A stretch of DNA of 64,000 bases from Leucoraja erinacea (lineage: Eukaryota): assembly GCF_028641065.1 (NCBI RefSeq), contig NC_073382.1:32426001-32490000 (forward strand), given 5' to 3'. Positions 34,982 through 47,994 of this stretch are shown here, piece by piece (position 1 is the stretch's first letter; every line of letters begins with the position of its first letter). The position numbers and the translations under genes were made by a program. The notes under the pieces are model-generated. The model was not told the origin of the DNA. It ran no database searches and saw only the letters and a list, made by a program, of their open reading frames with translations.

Positions 34982-37110
34982 AATGTCCTTATCTTTAATC
35001 AGCCGAATCAATGCTATTAAAATGTTTATCCTACCTAAATTTTGGATTTATTTCAAACCATACCAATTTTTATTGCTAAATCTTTCTTTGATATTATTGA
35101 CCCCAAAATGTCTTCATATATATGTCAGAATAAAAATCTCAGACTAAGTTTAAAATACTTAGAGAAATCTAAAAAAGACGGTGGTTTGGCACTGCTGAAC
35201 CTTAGAATTTACTATTGGGCTCACTATCTAACGTTTTGGACAAAAGATTTAGAAGATACCCAATGCCCAGGATGGATGAATCTTGAACGTGATTCTATGC
35301 AAGGGGCTATCACTGGCTTCTATTCTAGGGGCCTCGTTACCTTTCACAATTACAAGATTGAATAAATATACGACTAACCCAATAATAAGACATACATTCC
35401 GAATATGGTTTCAACTTCGTAAGTTTTTTGGACTGAATGTTTTTATCATATCGAGTCCTATCATATCACATTTTTTTTTCCAACCTTCTTGTACTGATCA
35501 AGCCTTTCTGTTTTGGAAGAGGAAGGGATTAGCAGCTTTTCGTGATTTGTTTTTGGATGGTTGTTTTATGTCTTTTGAACAACCCTCCAATAAATATAAT
35601 CTACGTAAAAGCCGTCCTACGGTACAAGTTCATTTCAAGAGCTCTCCCGATTAAAAAAAAAACAAACTAGAGGTAAGCACGGAGAATGAACGTAGTGGGT
35701 ACTTCCGAGCTCGGGAACGTCTCTTAGTGGCTCGTAACACTAATGGCAGGTACTCGGGAAGACTTGCTAATGGCAGGTAAGCACGGGAAGACTCGTGAAG
35801 ATCTTTCAACATGTTGAAAAATGTCCACGAGAGCCCCGAGTACCGACGAGTGGCCATTACCGTAAATCTACGAGTTTGAATCAGGGCAAACAGGTGACAG
35901 CTCTTAGAATGAACTTGTAACATGGGACAGGGCTACAACTCACATTCCTTTAGGTATTTACAAATTAGACATTTTTTGAAGGCTACTCTACCCCTTTTTC
36001 CGTTACCACATCAAACTGAAATCTTGGAAAAAAATTACATTTGAACCTTTTTCAGAAAGGTTTAATAACGACTATTTATGAGTTAATTTTGAAATTACAA
36101 ATAGATGCATTTGATAAAATTAAGAATGACTGGGAACGAGAACTCCAATTGTCTCTACCTATAGAGAAATGGGAGAGGATTCTTCAATTAGTCAATACTT
36201 CCTAAATGTGTGCAAGACACGCTCTGATACAATTCAAGGTGGTTCACAGAGCTCATATGTCAAAAGATAAGTTGGCTCGTTTTTATGGTCATATAAATCC
36301 TACCTGTGACAGATCTAATTCTGAAGTGGCCTCATTGACTCATATGCTTTGGTCCTGCCCACTTATGGAAAAATATTCAAATTACATTTTTGATACTATT
36401 TCTGTAGTTTTAGGTATTGATTTACAACCTCATCCTTTTACTGCAATTTTTGGGCTTCCAATGTTAGATTCTACTCATCTGTCCTGTTCCGACCACCGGC
36501 TGATTGCCAGAAGATCTATTTTATTTCAATGGAAAGACTCTAATCCTCTGACCACACTTCATTGTTACTCTGAAACGATATCATGTTTAAATAAAAAAAT
36601 ATTAGGAGTGACATTGTTGAACCCTTGGTTAAATTTGATAGGACTTGGGGAAGCTTTATTTAACATTTTCACATGACATAAATGTTCCCCTCTCCAACTG
36701 TTATAATAATTAATTTACCTTTATACGGTGGAATGGATTTGACAACAAACAGGGACTTAAATTGTTGAAATTCTTAGCAGCCCAGATTCTGTTTTGATTT
36801 TTTTTTCTAGTTTAGGGGGTTTTGTTTTTCACTTTTTTCTCTTTTTTCACTTTTTTCTTTTTATCTTTTTGTTTTATATATACAAGTTTGCTTTTAAACA
36901 CTTAACTATATTTACATGGAGACCAGGAGGTCTATACTCAATGTGTATTTTGACACTGGACTCATATTTGGGTTAAACCTGTTATTAATGTAATCCTGAT
37001 CCCTATGTATCAATATCATTGTTATGTTTATCATTACTTTTTTTGTTGATTGTTTTGTTTTTGTTTTTGAAAAAAAAACTAATAAAAAGATTTTAAAAGA
37101 AAGAAAGAAA
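34982..37110 (+). mobile_element. L1-clade LINE, 3' part of ORF2 and 3' UTR (degraded)
   Basis: SLISRINAIKMFILPK, KSKKDGGLALLNLRIYYWA, IQFKVVHRAHMS and the Cys-rich CDRS...HMLWSC. Tail aataaa...(gaaa)n. Confidence 0.9.
35609..35935. mobile_element. Harbinger-type MITE inserted in the L1
   Basis: Same family as 45444-45763. TIRs aagcc(ct)gtcc...ggacagggct. Confidence 0.85.
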
Positions 37111-37115
37111 TGAAA

Positions 37116-40100
37116 TTAACTTGTACGATTCGGATAATATGGAGGAGGGACTGGCTCGTTCACAGGCAGAAGATGTTGCCTGTTGCATCGGTAGGTGCCG
37201 CCATTGGCTCTAACAATGTACAAGCATGGCTCCGAAGCTAGACCGGAAGCTACTCCAATACGGTCATGGCCTTTGTCAGTCTGTAAGCCGACCACCCTTC
37301 CTTTGGTCAGCGGTGGCAGTGGCCCACTTGCCTTATCGAACCATTTCTTTTGAATGTCACGCTTCTGTTGCAACCTAGTTTGAACCTCCTCAGGCGGAAA
37401 AACTTGTGGGATTAATGCTTGATCTGCTACGGGCAGTGTGGTACGGGTCTACCTTGACAATAATCGTTGAGCAGGTGAACCCAAGGCAGGGTCACGGGAA
37501 ATGTTGCGTAAGTTGAGTAAATCCAGGAATATGTCAGATTTAGCTCTGTGAGAGCGTTCCATGAGCTGTTTTGCACTTCTGACTGCCCGTTCAGCCAGCC
37601 CGTTAGACTGTGGATATTCAGGGCTGCTGATGATGTGCTGAAAATTCCAGCATCTAGCAAACTCTCTGAATTGTTGGCTGGTGAATTGACTGCCATTGTC
37701 AGTTTCAGTTTCTCCATCATTTTCGTGGACGGAAAAGTGGGAAGATAATTTTGAAATCGCTCCGTTGGAAGTGGGGCTGCTGAGAAAGTCAATGTCGAAC
37801 CACCCTGAATAAGAATCCACGAACACCAGGTACTGCTTGCCGTGCCAGTCAAATAAATCAGCTGCCACTAGACCACATGAGCGCAGGTACAGGATGTGGC
37901 AGGAGTGGTTGCTTTTGTTGATGAGATGCCAGACTATTGCACACAGCACAAGCTGCACATATTTGTTGATGTATTTGGCCATGCCAGGCCAGTAAAACAT
38001 GCTTTTCACCCGTGAAACAGTGGCTTCAGCACCTGGGTGTCCTGCATGAACAGCGTCAAAATACAGGTGATGCAACAAAACAGGAACCATGGCCTTGTGT
38101 CCTTTTAAAACAATTCTGACTTGTAGCACTTGCTCATCTCGAACAGGGAAGAATAGCTGGGCTGGCAATGGAACGTTGTAGTGTTTGTCTGGCCAGATGA
38201 CAGAAGTTAATGACAGAAGTTAGCGACCATAGGGTCTTGTCAGTGGCAGTGTGTGCAACCTGGTCCTCCATCCAAGGATACAGTCATCACAATAAAGTTA
38301 TCATCCTGCGAGGGCAGATCCTCGCAGGTCTTCCCTGGGGCATGTGAAAGAGTGTCCGCCAGGTGCATATCCTTACCGCATTTGTAAATCATCGAATGTC
38401 AGATTTTTGAAGTTGCAGTAACATCCGTTGTAGACGCGCTGGAGAGCTATGAATAGGTTGATTGAAAATGCTGATCTGAGAGTGGTGGTCGGTTTCATTA
38501 GTGATAGTGTGAACAAAGATGAAATCGTTGAATTTTTTGCAGGCAATCACAACCGCTAACAGCTCTTTTTCAATTTGGGCGTATCGTTGTTCTGTGTCAG
38601 AACTGGTCACATCCGTGGGTGCTGGAAGCTCATTAATAGCACTGGTTTTCGCTGGATCAGTTTTCAGGCCGTCCTTGGTAAAAATATGGGCTAAGTATTT
38701 TACCTCATTCACTCTGAATCAGCATTTTTTGGGATTGAGCTTGAAATGGATGGCCTCGGCACGCTTCAGTGCTTTTGTCAGATTGGCATTGTGCTCCTCG
38801 ACTGTTTTTCCAGCAATAAGGATATCATCCACTATGATGGAGCATGGGTATCCAGTGAACAATTGTTCCATGGATTGTTGAAATACTTTCCTGGCAGAAC
38901 TTATACCAAAGGGCATCCTCAGAAATTTATAAGTCCGAACGGAGTATTGTAAGTTGTCGGCTTGGAGGATTTATGTTCCAGTGGAATCTGCCAGCAGGAA
39001 CTCTTGCCATCTAGCACTGTGAATACAGTTGCTTTAGCCATCTGCACCGCAATCTCGTCCACAGAGCGCATTGGATAATGCAGTTATTTAATTGCTGTAT
39101 TTAAGTCCTTGGGGTTGATACAAATCCGTATTTTATCAACCATTGAGGAGACCCAGTCTGAGGGTTCAGTTACTGGAGTAATCACACCAACAGTCATCAT
39201 TCTGTTAAGTTCATTTTGTACTTGATCCCGCATAGCGTGGGGAATCCTGTGAACCGGACGAACAAATGGGGTTGCCTCAAGGTCAATGGTAATCGTGTAT
39301 CTCACAGGCAGCTTGCCCAGCTTGTCGTTAAACAAATCCGTGTATTGTGTTAAAATGTGATGTGTAAAATCACAGCGTATAGTCAGTGGACAGACAGAAG
39401 GGCTGAAAGAAATTAAACCCATGTCATGGCATGAATCTGCACCCAGTATGGATGGTACTTCTCACGTACCACATAGAAATCCAGGATGTAGTCACTCGCG
39501 TTGAGACTGCAACGTAACTTTACTTGGCAGATAGGGAGTAGTGGAGAACCATTAAATGAGATAAGTGATGCAGTTGGCTGTTAGAGTTTGTGTGTTTTTC
39601 AGATGTTGATAGACAGGCAACAGTATAGCATTGCAGCGTGCTCCACTATCCACCTTGAGATAAAGAGTTTTGCCGTTAATGAGCAAAGTGATCTTGGGAT
39701 CCAGTTGGTGCGTGGAGCCACGCAAAGCATGTACATCAATCTCTGTGCTATCACCATCTGTTTGTGCGAACTCGGAGCTTGGACTTTCATCCTGGTTTAA
39801 CGAGTTGACAGACTGTCTCATTTGAAATCTGTTACTGCGTGAACGGCAGCATTTGGCGAAATGGTTTATTTTATTGCAAAATCTACAGAGTTTTCCATTC
39901 GCAGGTCACCGGTCGTGAACTGCTGTGTGTGAACAGCCACAATTAAAGCAATTAGCAATCCATCTTGGGTTATTAGCTGGCCCTTATAATGGGCGAGCAG
40001 GAGTTTGATTAGACACACTGGCTGCACTGACTTCACGAGCAGCAGAATGTCCAAGTGATTGAATGTGAGCATTGGTGAATTCAGCGATGCAACAGTGGTT

Positions 40101-41196
40101 TTCAACAGCCACTAAGGTCAGGTCAACTTCTCGCAACAATTCATTGCATAGTTTATCATTCAATATGCCATGTATCAAAGGATCTCATATCAAACTATCT
40201 TGAATCTTTCTGAAATCGCATCCACTAATGACCTGCTTCAGTGCATTAACATATAGCTCCACAGATTCTCCTTGTTTTTGACACGTTGAAAAAAAATTAT
40301 GGTGTTCAATTTGTAACTCACATAATTGTTGGAATTTACGTAGGAGGCATTCAGGATCATGGATAGACTCTGCAGCAATCTTTACACCATTAGCGTCAGC
40401 TCTGCCTGTGAACGAGCCAGTCCCTCCTCCATATTATCCGGATTGTACAAGTTCATTTCAATCTGTATCTAGTGGCCCTCACTTGCTCTTGCCAGCACAA
40501 CAATCCATGCCTGCGACAGTTCCTCTGTCTGTTCCATCTGCACCGCAATCTCGTCCACAGAGCGCATTGGATAACGCGGTCATTTAATTGCTGTATTTAA
40601 GTCCCTGGTGTTGATACAAATCCGTATCTCATCTTTGTTCTTTTTAGTAGCGACAACCTTTGATGAGATCCAGTCTGAGGGTTCAGTTACTGGAGTAATC
40701 AGATCAAGAATCACCATTCTCTTAAATGAAATTTCGTGAATTTTAGTGTTTAGTGAAATCTGGCACGTCGAGCAGCCTTAGTGTCCGCCAAATTTAGGAG
40801 AATCGATGCACGAAGAGCAGGGTCAGCAGCTGGATACGCCGCTTCAATGTAGATTGAGAAACCCTCCTCGAATACACGCCATCGCTCTGCAAGGTCTGCA
40901 TTAAACACCAAGATCTCCGGCTTCCTAAGAGCAGAAGCCATAACTGCAGTTTTGAATAAAAAAACTAAGATAGAAATAATAGAATCAATTGAGTAGTGAG
41001 TCCATACACTGACACCATGTTGATTGTAGACCTTATAATAACAGTGGCCTTACACCAACATAAGGATATATAGACTTTATTGGCTACAAAGCAATACAAC
41101 TTCTCTCTTTAGAGTTCCACTTTAAACTAAAAAAATGCAGCAGAACTCGATGCTGACAAGCTGGTGGGCATAACTACAAATGCATGACTCATAACA
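37116..41196 (-). mobile_element. Gypsy LTR retrotransposon (gag-PR-RT-RH-IN, degraded; 3' LTR missing)
   Basis: gag MASALRKP...WRVFEEGF, protease VDSGARCN, RT MPFGISSA/IVDDIL, RH YAQIEKELLAVV, and IN VDSYSGW/TDNGSQF/PQSNGLAERAV. Confidence 0.95.
41018..41196 (-). repeat. 5' LTR of the Gypsy element, with adjacent PBS
   Basis: TG...CA ends, AATAAA on the minus strand (~41076-41081), and PBS TGGTGTCAG (41009-41017) of Leu-tRNA type. Confidence 0.8.
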
Positions 41197-41559
41197 TGAG
41201 TTACTAATCTACAGCTGCCCCCACCCCCCGCAACCACGCATTGAGGGGCCAGCTAGTAAACTATAAAATCAACCCTCAACCTCTTGCACTTCAGGGAATA
41301 AAGTCATAGCCTTCTCAACCTCTCCCTATATCTCAGGCCCTTGAGTCTGGGTAATACTCTCATAAATGTATCTGCACCCTTTTTTGATTAGCTACATCAT
41401 TCCTATAACATGTTGGACAAAATTTGTGATCTTATAGAAGTGTACAAAATCATGAGGGAGTAGATGGGGTGAATTTACATGGTGTGTAAATTACTCTCTA
41501 CATAGGCTCAACAGCATGGATCCAAGAAGTGTCATGCCACAAAGTCATTGAATCAAAGA

Positions 41560-41862
41560 GAGAAATAGCACAGAAACAGACTATTATGCTAATCGAGTCT
41601 TCATCAACCATAGACTACACGTTTCCACAAATTCTAATCACTTACACCCCCTCCCCCCCATCCACAGTTGCTACCACTCACCGACACAAAGGGCAATTTA
41701 CTGTGATCAAATGACTTATCAATTCACATGTCTTTGGGATGTGGGAGGAACCCAAAACACCCAGAGAAAATCTGCATAGTCGCAAGGAGAATGTGCAAAC
41801 TCCGTACAAATGATACTAGAGATCAAGATGAAATCCCTATCTCTACTGCTGTGAAGCAACAG
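41560..41862 (-). mobile_element. HE1-type V-SINE (degraded)
   Basis: V-domain ggagtttgcacattctcc...ggttcctcccacatcccaaagac on the minus strand. Confidence 0.8.
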
Positions 41863-43909
41863 GTCTGAACAGAGTACCCGAAGAAAACATACATGGTCAC
41901 AGGAGAAAAACACATTATTTCCAGCAGACAGCCTCAGAGGTCAGGACTGAACACTGGGTTGATTGAGCTAATATGCACCATTACTACCTGCCAATTTGCC
42001 ACAGTGTTGCCTTGTTGTATTGTCAAGGGTGGTGACCAAGATATTGAGAGAACGGGCAATAGCAATTTAAATGTATTTTCCTTAAACTGCTTTTTCTAAA
42101 TCTCTTTACAGATATAATGTTCTTTAATCCCCACTCCTAAAACTGTCAAATTTGGTTTGACAATCACCCCCTCTTTAGTACTATTGCATGTGCAATATAT
42201 AGTTGGTATCAGTGAAGGGAGAAGGAGAGACACCATATTTAATCAGGACCATTTTTCAGATTGTTTCCCACCACAGATGCGACCTGGCCTGCTGATTAGT
42301 TCCTCCAGCGCTTTATTTTATTTTCAAAATGTGAGCATCTGCAGTCTGTTCTGTCTCCATTGTAAATTAATCTTGAGTCTCCATAGTTGTGGTTCCACAG
42401 CTTGTGGTTGTTGCTGGTAGAGTAATTTACATTCATACCTGCAAGATAACATTGTGAAGTTACTAAGCAATTTCCAACCTTAAGTGCTCTAACATATAAA
42501 AAATAATGTAATAAACTATGATATATCATAAGAACACCTTTGAATATAATTAATAATATCATGGAATTATTTATATCTTAAATGTATCCTATAAGATATC
42601 AGGAGGTATTCATCAGTTGCTTTGGGTGGGAAAATCTCCAGTAATTTTCCTTAACTATTAAGTAGTCTGTGAAGTGGGTGGTGGGTGTGTATTTTGTTAA
42701 TGGAGTGAATGGAAGAGCTATTTTTGATTCAAATTAATTTCATGTCATTATGTTCACATAGATTTATGGTACTAGCTCAACATTACTGCCTGCAAGTACT
42801 GAGACTTTTGAAATCGAGGTTATTGCAAATGCATTCTTTTTTTTTCCTTTTTCGAGGTAAGCACCATTTATTTCCTTCAAACTATTCTCATGCATCTCTG
42901 CATTAGTACATTAATAAAGATTTAATTCCATTCTCCCCTTTCACTATAAACTTCCTGCTGATCCAAATACAGTTAGGATAAGAGAAAATGAGAGAGTTAA
43001 CATGACACCACCACTGAGAAATTACATGAAACTCATAATATTTCCCCCATCTGGTTTACAAAAAAATAATATTCTGTTGTGCTTGGGCACCAAGCAGAAA
43101 TGCTAACAAATAGATTTTGTAAATAATCTCTACATTAACAAATACAATATGATTTATAAAGTACAACAGTATTTTGTAAAAATGTCAATTCACATTTTGT
43201 GTAAGCTACTCATTTTCCTACATTTCTTTTCAGGAGAAGAGGTATTTAATGAATGTATAATTTTATACAAAGACGTTGATGCATATTTGGACTAAATTTG
43301 TTTCAAGGTTAGTGTTAACATAATAGCTTTACCACTTCATTGGATCGGTGTGCAGGCTCTGACAACATCACGATGTACGTGTTCACAGCTCCATCTAATG
43401 GTTACAAGTTCTTTGTTAGAATGAAAGAGGAAATCATTCAGAATGATCTCAAAATCGTTTTTGCATGTTGTGCTGTGAAAAAATTGCATTATCTGAAATG
43501 CACCTATTCTGACTGAATTGTGCACCTCTTGAAATTGGACCAGGTGTTTTCCGTGGGAATTTGCATTTTTGAAGACCCTTTTTTCCACACAGGATGCAGA
43601 TGCAATGAAGTCAATCCTTGTAAAAACGTTGTTTTGAGCAGTGGTATGGAAAACAAATGGGTATGGTGTTCTAAATCTAACATGCCATGGGTCTGTGACA
43701 AGAGAAGCTGCTTCTCAAAGTACTGCAGTAGTGCCGCTTTAAAAAGTCACTCTCAACTCTTGCACAAGCATCGTCAGTCTGATGCACAACACTACGGAGG
43801 CTAACAGCTGGCTAAACCTTCCCAATTCCTTGCATGTTATAGAGTCATAGAGTCATACAGTGTGGAAACAGGCCCTTTGGCCCAACCTATCCATGCCGAC
43901 CAAGATACG

Positions 43910-44137
43910 CGACGCTTTCCTTGTGAGCATTTATATTTACTTCCACATCCTAAAGACTTGCAGATTGGGAGATTAGTTGGCCACTGTACATTGTCTCTAG
44001 AGTATAGGTGAATCTAGACAGGTTGATGACATTTGGGGAGAATGAGATGAAACTAGTGAAAAGGGTATGATGCTTGATTTGGGATTGTTGGCTTGAGAGA
44101 TCTGATTCCATGCAGCATCACTCTAGACTGTATGACT
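43910..44137 (+). mobile_element. HE1-type SINE 3' half (degraded), back to back with a CR1-type tail at 43838-43905
   Basis: cttccacatcctaaagacttgcag...ttggccactgta and a tail ending actctagactgtatgact. Confidence 0.6.
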
Positions 44138-44919
44138 TCAAATGTTGTGGATGAGGTCCATTAATATTTCATACTGAAAGAAAAATGTTGTGGGTGTTTT
44201 TGTGGCGGTACTGTTCTGAGTGGTACCTTTGTGGTAGTACAACTAATTTCTGAGATCCTTGTGAAAGAAGTTGGAAGAGGATTCATGTCTGAAAATCCCA
44301 CCACTGAAAGTTTACACCATCCTCACCTCTTTGCAAAACATATGCTTTTAAGGACTTAAGGCTTCCTAAATCAGCTATAAAGAAGATTTATCAAACTTTA
44401 TGGAGGAAGCTGTAACCTTGTGCTTGTGTTTCAGTGACTATGTCCAATGAACTCAAGGACACTGGTACTCACAACTGACTAGCCACCAGTGCAGGCAATG
44501 TGACAGTGATCCATGACATTTCTTGCAGTTTCAAGCTTATAACAGCACTGATGCTCATCATTGATGGTCTTTACTCAAGGAAAAACTTGTTATATTTAAT
44601 TCAATGGAACCCTATGGTAAAGCCAGACACATGGAATTGGCAGCAACAAAATCCATTTGTGAAGGTGGTGCAGGAAAGTGGCTTGAGGTAAAAGTTCAAT
44701 CATAATCATGGAATGGCAAGTTTGAGGGGTAAGTGGTCTGTCCATGTTTCTAATTTATTGTGTGTCTACTACTTTTAAATATTATCAAGAATGTAGAGGA
44801 AAACAGCAGAAAACTTAATGGGAATCCTAAAACTTCACAGAGAAGGATAGAAAGGGATTAAAAGTGAGATGTTCTACTCTTGGGAGAAGGGTACATTGGA
44901 AAATTATTAGAAATTCTAA

Positions 44920-45245
44920 AACAAAGAGTCAAGAGTGTTTCATTTTCATATGTACCAATATGGAACAATGAAATTCTTACTTGCAGAAGCACAGCAGGTT
45001 TGTAAACACAATTCTCAGTTGATAATATAATAAATTGTAAAAAAAAAATGGTGCAAAAATAAAACAAAGCCCGAAGTCCCTAGTGCAACCAAAATAGTTT
45101 GTAGTTCGGCGTTGAGTTGGAGTTTGTGATTGGGAAGAAGCTATTCCTGAACATGGATGTTACAGTTTTAAGACCGATACCTTCTTTCTGATGGAAGGAA
45201 TGAAATGAGAGTGTGGCCAGGGTGGTGTGAGTCCTAGATGTCTGG
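44920..45245 (-). mobile_element. Rex1/Babar 3' end
   Basis: Minus strand: caccctggccacactctcatttc...aatagcttcttccc, then a tail with hairpin and gactcttgactct. Confidence 0.75.
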
Positions 45246-45443
45246 AGCAAAGTAAGAAAAAAACCAAAATGTACCTGGTTGCATTCTGGTTGTCAGGGCC
45301 AGCACTTTGTGTCTTTCTTTTGTAAACTACCATCTGCAGTTCTATGTATCCACATGTTACTGCTATTACATTAGGACAGACTTCATCCCATAGATGGTTG
45401 GGTCCAGGAGAATCCCATAAATAGGGTTGTAGAAAGAGCTTTA

Positions 45444-45763
45444 AAGCCCTGTCCCATGGTACGAGTTCATTCCAAGAGCTCTCCCGAGTTTAAAAAAAAT
45501 CAAGCTCGAGGTAAGCACGGAGAATGAATATAGCAGGTAAGTCGGAGTTTGGGGACGTCTCTTAGCGCTAATGGCCAGTATTCGGGAAGGCTCGCTAACG
45601 GCAGATAAGCACGGGAAGATTTGTGAAGATTTTTCAACATGATGACAAGTGTCCACGAGAGCCCCGAGTACCGACGAGTGGCCATTACCATAAATCTCTG
45701 AGTTCGAATCAGGGCAAACTCGAGAGAGCTCTTCGAATGAACTTGCACCGTGGGATAGGGCTT
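45444..45763. mobile_element. Harbinger-type MITE
   Basis: TIRs aagccctgtcccatggtacgagttcattc / gaatgaacttgcaccgtgggatagggctt, TSD TTA. Confidence 0.9.
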
Positions 45764-45949
45764 TTACGCTAATTAGAGGTTTGGAAGAGGTTCTGGTGAT
45801 GGTGAGTTTTATGATTTTTATAAAAATGGGAGAATGTTGTTACAAGAGAGAAAGGAGTAAATTAAAATCAAGGAAGGGGCAAAAATATAATCAATTATAA
45901 TCAAAAATGTGAAATATACTCATAGTTAGCACAACATGCAAGAAGTCAA

Positions 45950-46905
45950 CATTTAAGGCAATTTATAAGAATGCCAGTAACATTTGTGAAAAGGTGAATG
46001 TTGTTAGCATATACTATAACATGTAAGTGATCAAATAGTTATTGCAGACACATGGTTGTGGATGATCAAGACTAGGAACTCAATATGCCAGGTTATTCAG
46101 AATTTCTAAGGAATGGGCAAAAATGGAAAGGAAGTGGTCTAGCTTTATTAACAAAAGGATTCAGCATGATAGTGAGTGGTGATATAGAGTTAGATGAATG
46201 TGATATGGAATTGGCTTGTGCAGAAATAATAAACAGCAAGGTAAAGAAGATATTATGGGTGTGGTACTATAGGCCCCCAAGGTGCTGCTTTTTGATAAGA
46301 CAATGCATATGTGGGAAAATATCAAATGCTTGCAAGAACTCCAATATCGTGGGTAATTTTAATCTGCATACCGTTTGAACTACTCAAACTGAAAAGAGTA
46401 TCATTAAAAATTAAACTCTAGAGTGCATCAAGAATTGTATATTAAAGCAATAAGTTACAGAACCTACATAGAACAGGCTAATTCAAATGGTGTTATTTGT
46501 AATGTGGTTGGATTTTTAAAAAAAAAGCTGTTTTATTAACCCAATCACATCACATAAAGTTAAGGGTTATGTAGGGAATAATCATCTTACCATAGCAGGA
46601 TTTTGACATACCCAAGGTCTGTAAATAATGCCGTCATCTTAAATGAGAACAATTAAAATGATATGAAAGTATAGTAGTCTGGAGACTATTAGTCTGGATA
46701 GGGTAAATAGGTAAAGGATAGGTCAATGGATGAGCAGTGCTAGCTATTTAAACATTTGGTTCAGAATCTCATAATGTAGAACTATAGGACTTTAGTTAAA
46801 CCACATTGGGAATATTGTGTGCAGTTCTGGTCACCCCATGACAGGAAAGAGGTTGGAGGTTTTGGATAGGGTGCAGAGGAGGTTTAGCAGAAGGTTGCCT
46901 AGATT
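45950..46905 (+). mobile_element. Ancient CR1 remnant (endonuclease region plus RT C-terminal piece)
   Basis: NMPGY...GSGLAL, YYRPP and GNFNL, then tattgtgtgcagttctggtcacc. Confidence 0.65.
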
Positions 46906-46984
46906 AGGGATATTAACCCCCATTGTACTCCATCCATCTCACGAAGGAACCCCATCCACAACTTCATCTGTTCATTACCCTCCA

Positions 46985-47287
46985 GGGATGGCACAGCACA
47001 AGTAGAACTGCTGCCACACAACGCCAGGGACCTGGGTTCAATCCTGACAATGGATACTGTGTGTGCGGAGTGTGTACCCTCTCCCTGAATGTGAATGTGC
47101 CAGCTTTCTTCCACATTCCAAAAAACGTGCAGGTTTTTATATTAATTGGCTTCTGTAAATTGCCTTAAGTGTGCTGGATGTGAAATTAGAATAGCTGCAG
47201 ATCTAGTGTATGGGTGATGAGTGGTTGGTGTGGACTCAGTGGGCCAAATAACCTGTTTCCATACAGTATCTCTAAACTAAACTAATC
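46985..47287 (+). mobile_element. HE1-type V-SINE
   Basis: tRNA-like head with B box ggttcaatcc, V-domain, and a (ctaaa)n tail. Confidence 0.85.
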
Positions 47288-47694
47288 AAAACATGTTCAG
47301 GTGAATGGTGGTGTGGGTTTGCGGGGCTGAGTGACCTACTTCTGCTTTTATGTTTCCCATATGTTACTACTTATATTCTATCATCTGAAGGATGAACACG
47401 TTAACAAAGACCACATTAGCATTCACACATCAGATTTGTGGTAATGTGGACCCATCAGGAAACAAAAGGTTGTGACTGTGATTAAGTCACAGCAGATTGA
47501 AAATAGCAGATATGAAAGTTCTTTATTCATCATAAACAGACCAACATAATCTATTCTACTCTTTTGCAATTTATACTGCAATAAATGGCTATAAATGCCC
47601 ATTTTAACAATTTGATAGCAGTCAGGTAACATTTCACAATCGCTTATTACAACGACCAGTCCAGAGAAAGGGTCTCCACCCAGAATGTCATCTG

Positions 47695-47810
47695 TGTAAG
47701 AAGGAACTGCGGATGCTAGTTTAAGTCAAAGATAGACACAAAAATCTGGAGTAACTCAGCGGGACAGGCAACATATCTGGAGAGAAGGAATGAGTGACGT
47801 TTCGGGTCGG
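47695..47810 (-). mobile_element. Penelope-derived 3' tail fragment
   Basis: Minus strand: cgacccgaaacgtcac...gctgagttactccag...gcatccgcagttccttctta, similar to 11100-11205. Confidence 0.75.
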
Positions 47811-47994
47811 TTGACATGACAAAACTGTAGAAGGCATCACAAAGCATGGAAACAGGCCCATTTAACCCAAAATTCCCATGCTGACCATGATGCCCCTTTC
47901 CACTCATCCCACCTGCCTGACTCATCCCACCTGCCTGCATTTGGCCCCTATCTCACTAAACCATTCCTTTCCATGAACTTGTACAAATGTTGAG

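Noticed and set aside
32098-34998. Long Pro/Ser/Leu-rich and Gly/Glu/Arg-rich ORFs (up to 460 aa)
   Set aside because: By-product of C/T-only sequence lacking stop codons. The only real homology is the embedded CR1 RT.
43225-43315. Possible small exon (ttttcag ... gttagt)
   Set aside because: All three frames contain stops, and no partner exons were identified.
46985-47060. tRNA-like sequence
   Set aside because: It is the head of an HE1-type SINE, not a complete cloverleaf.
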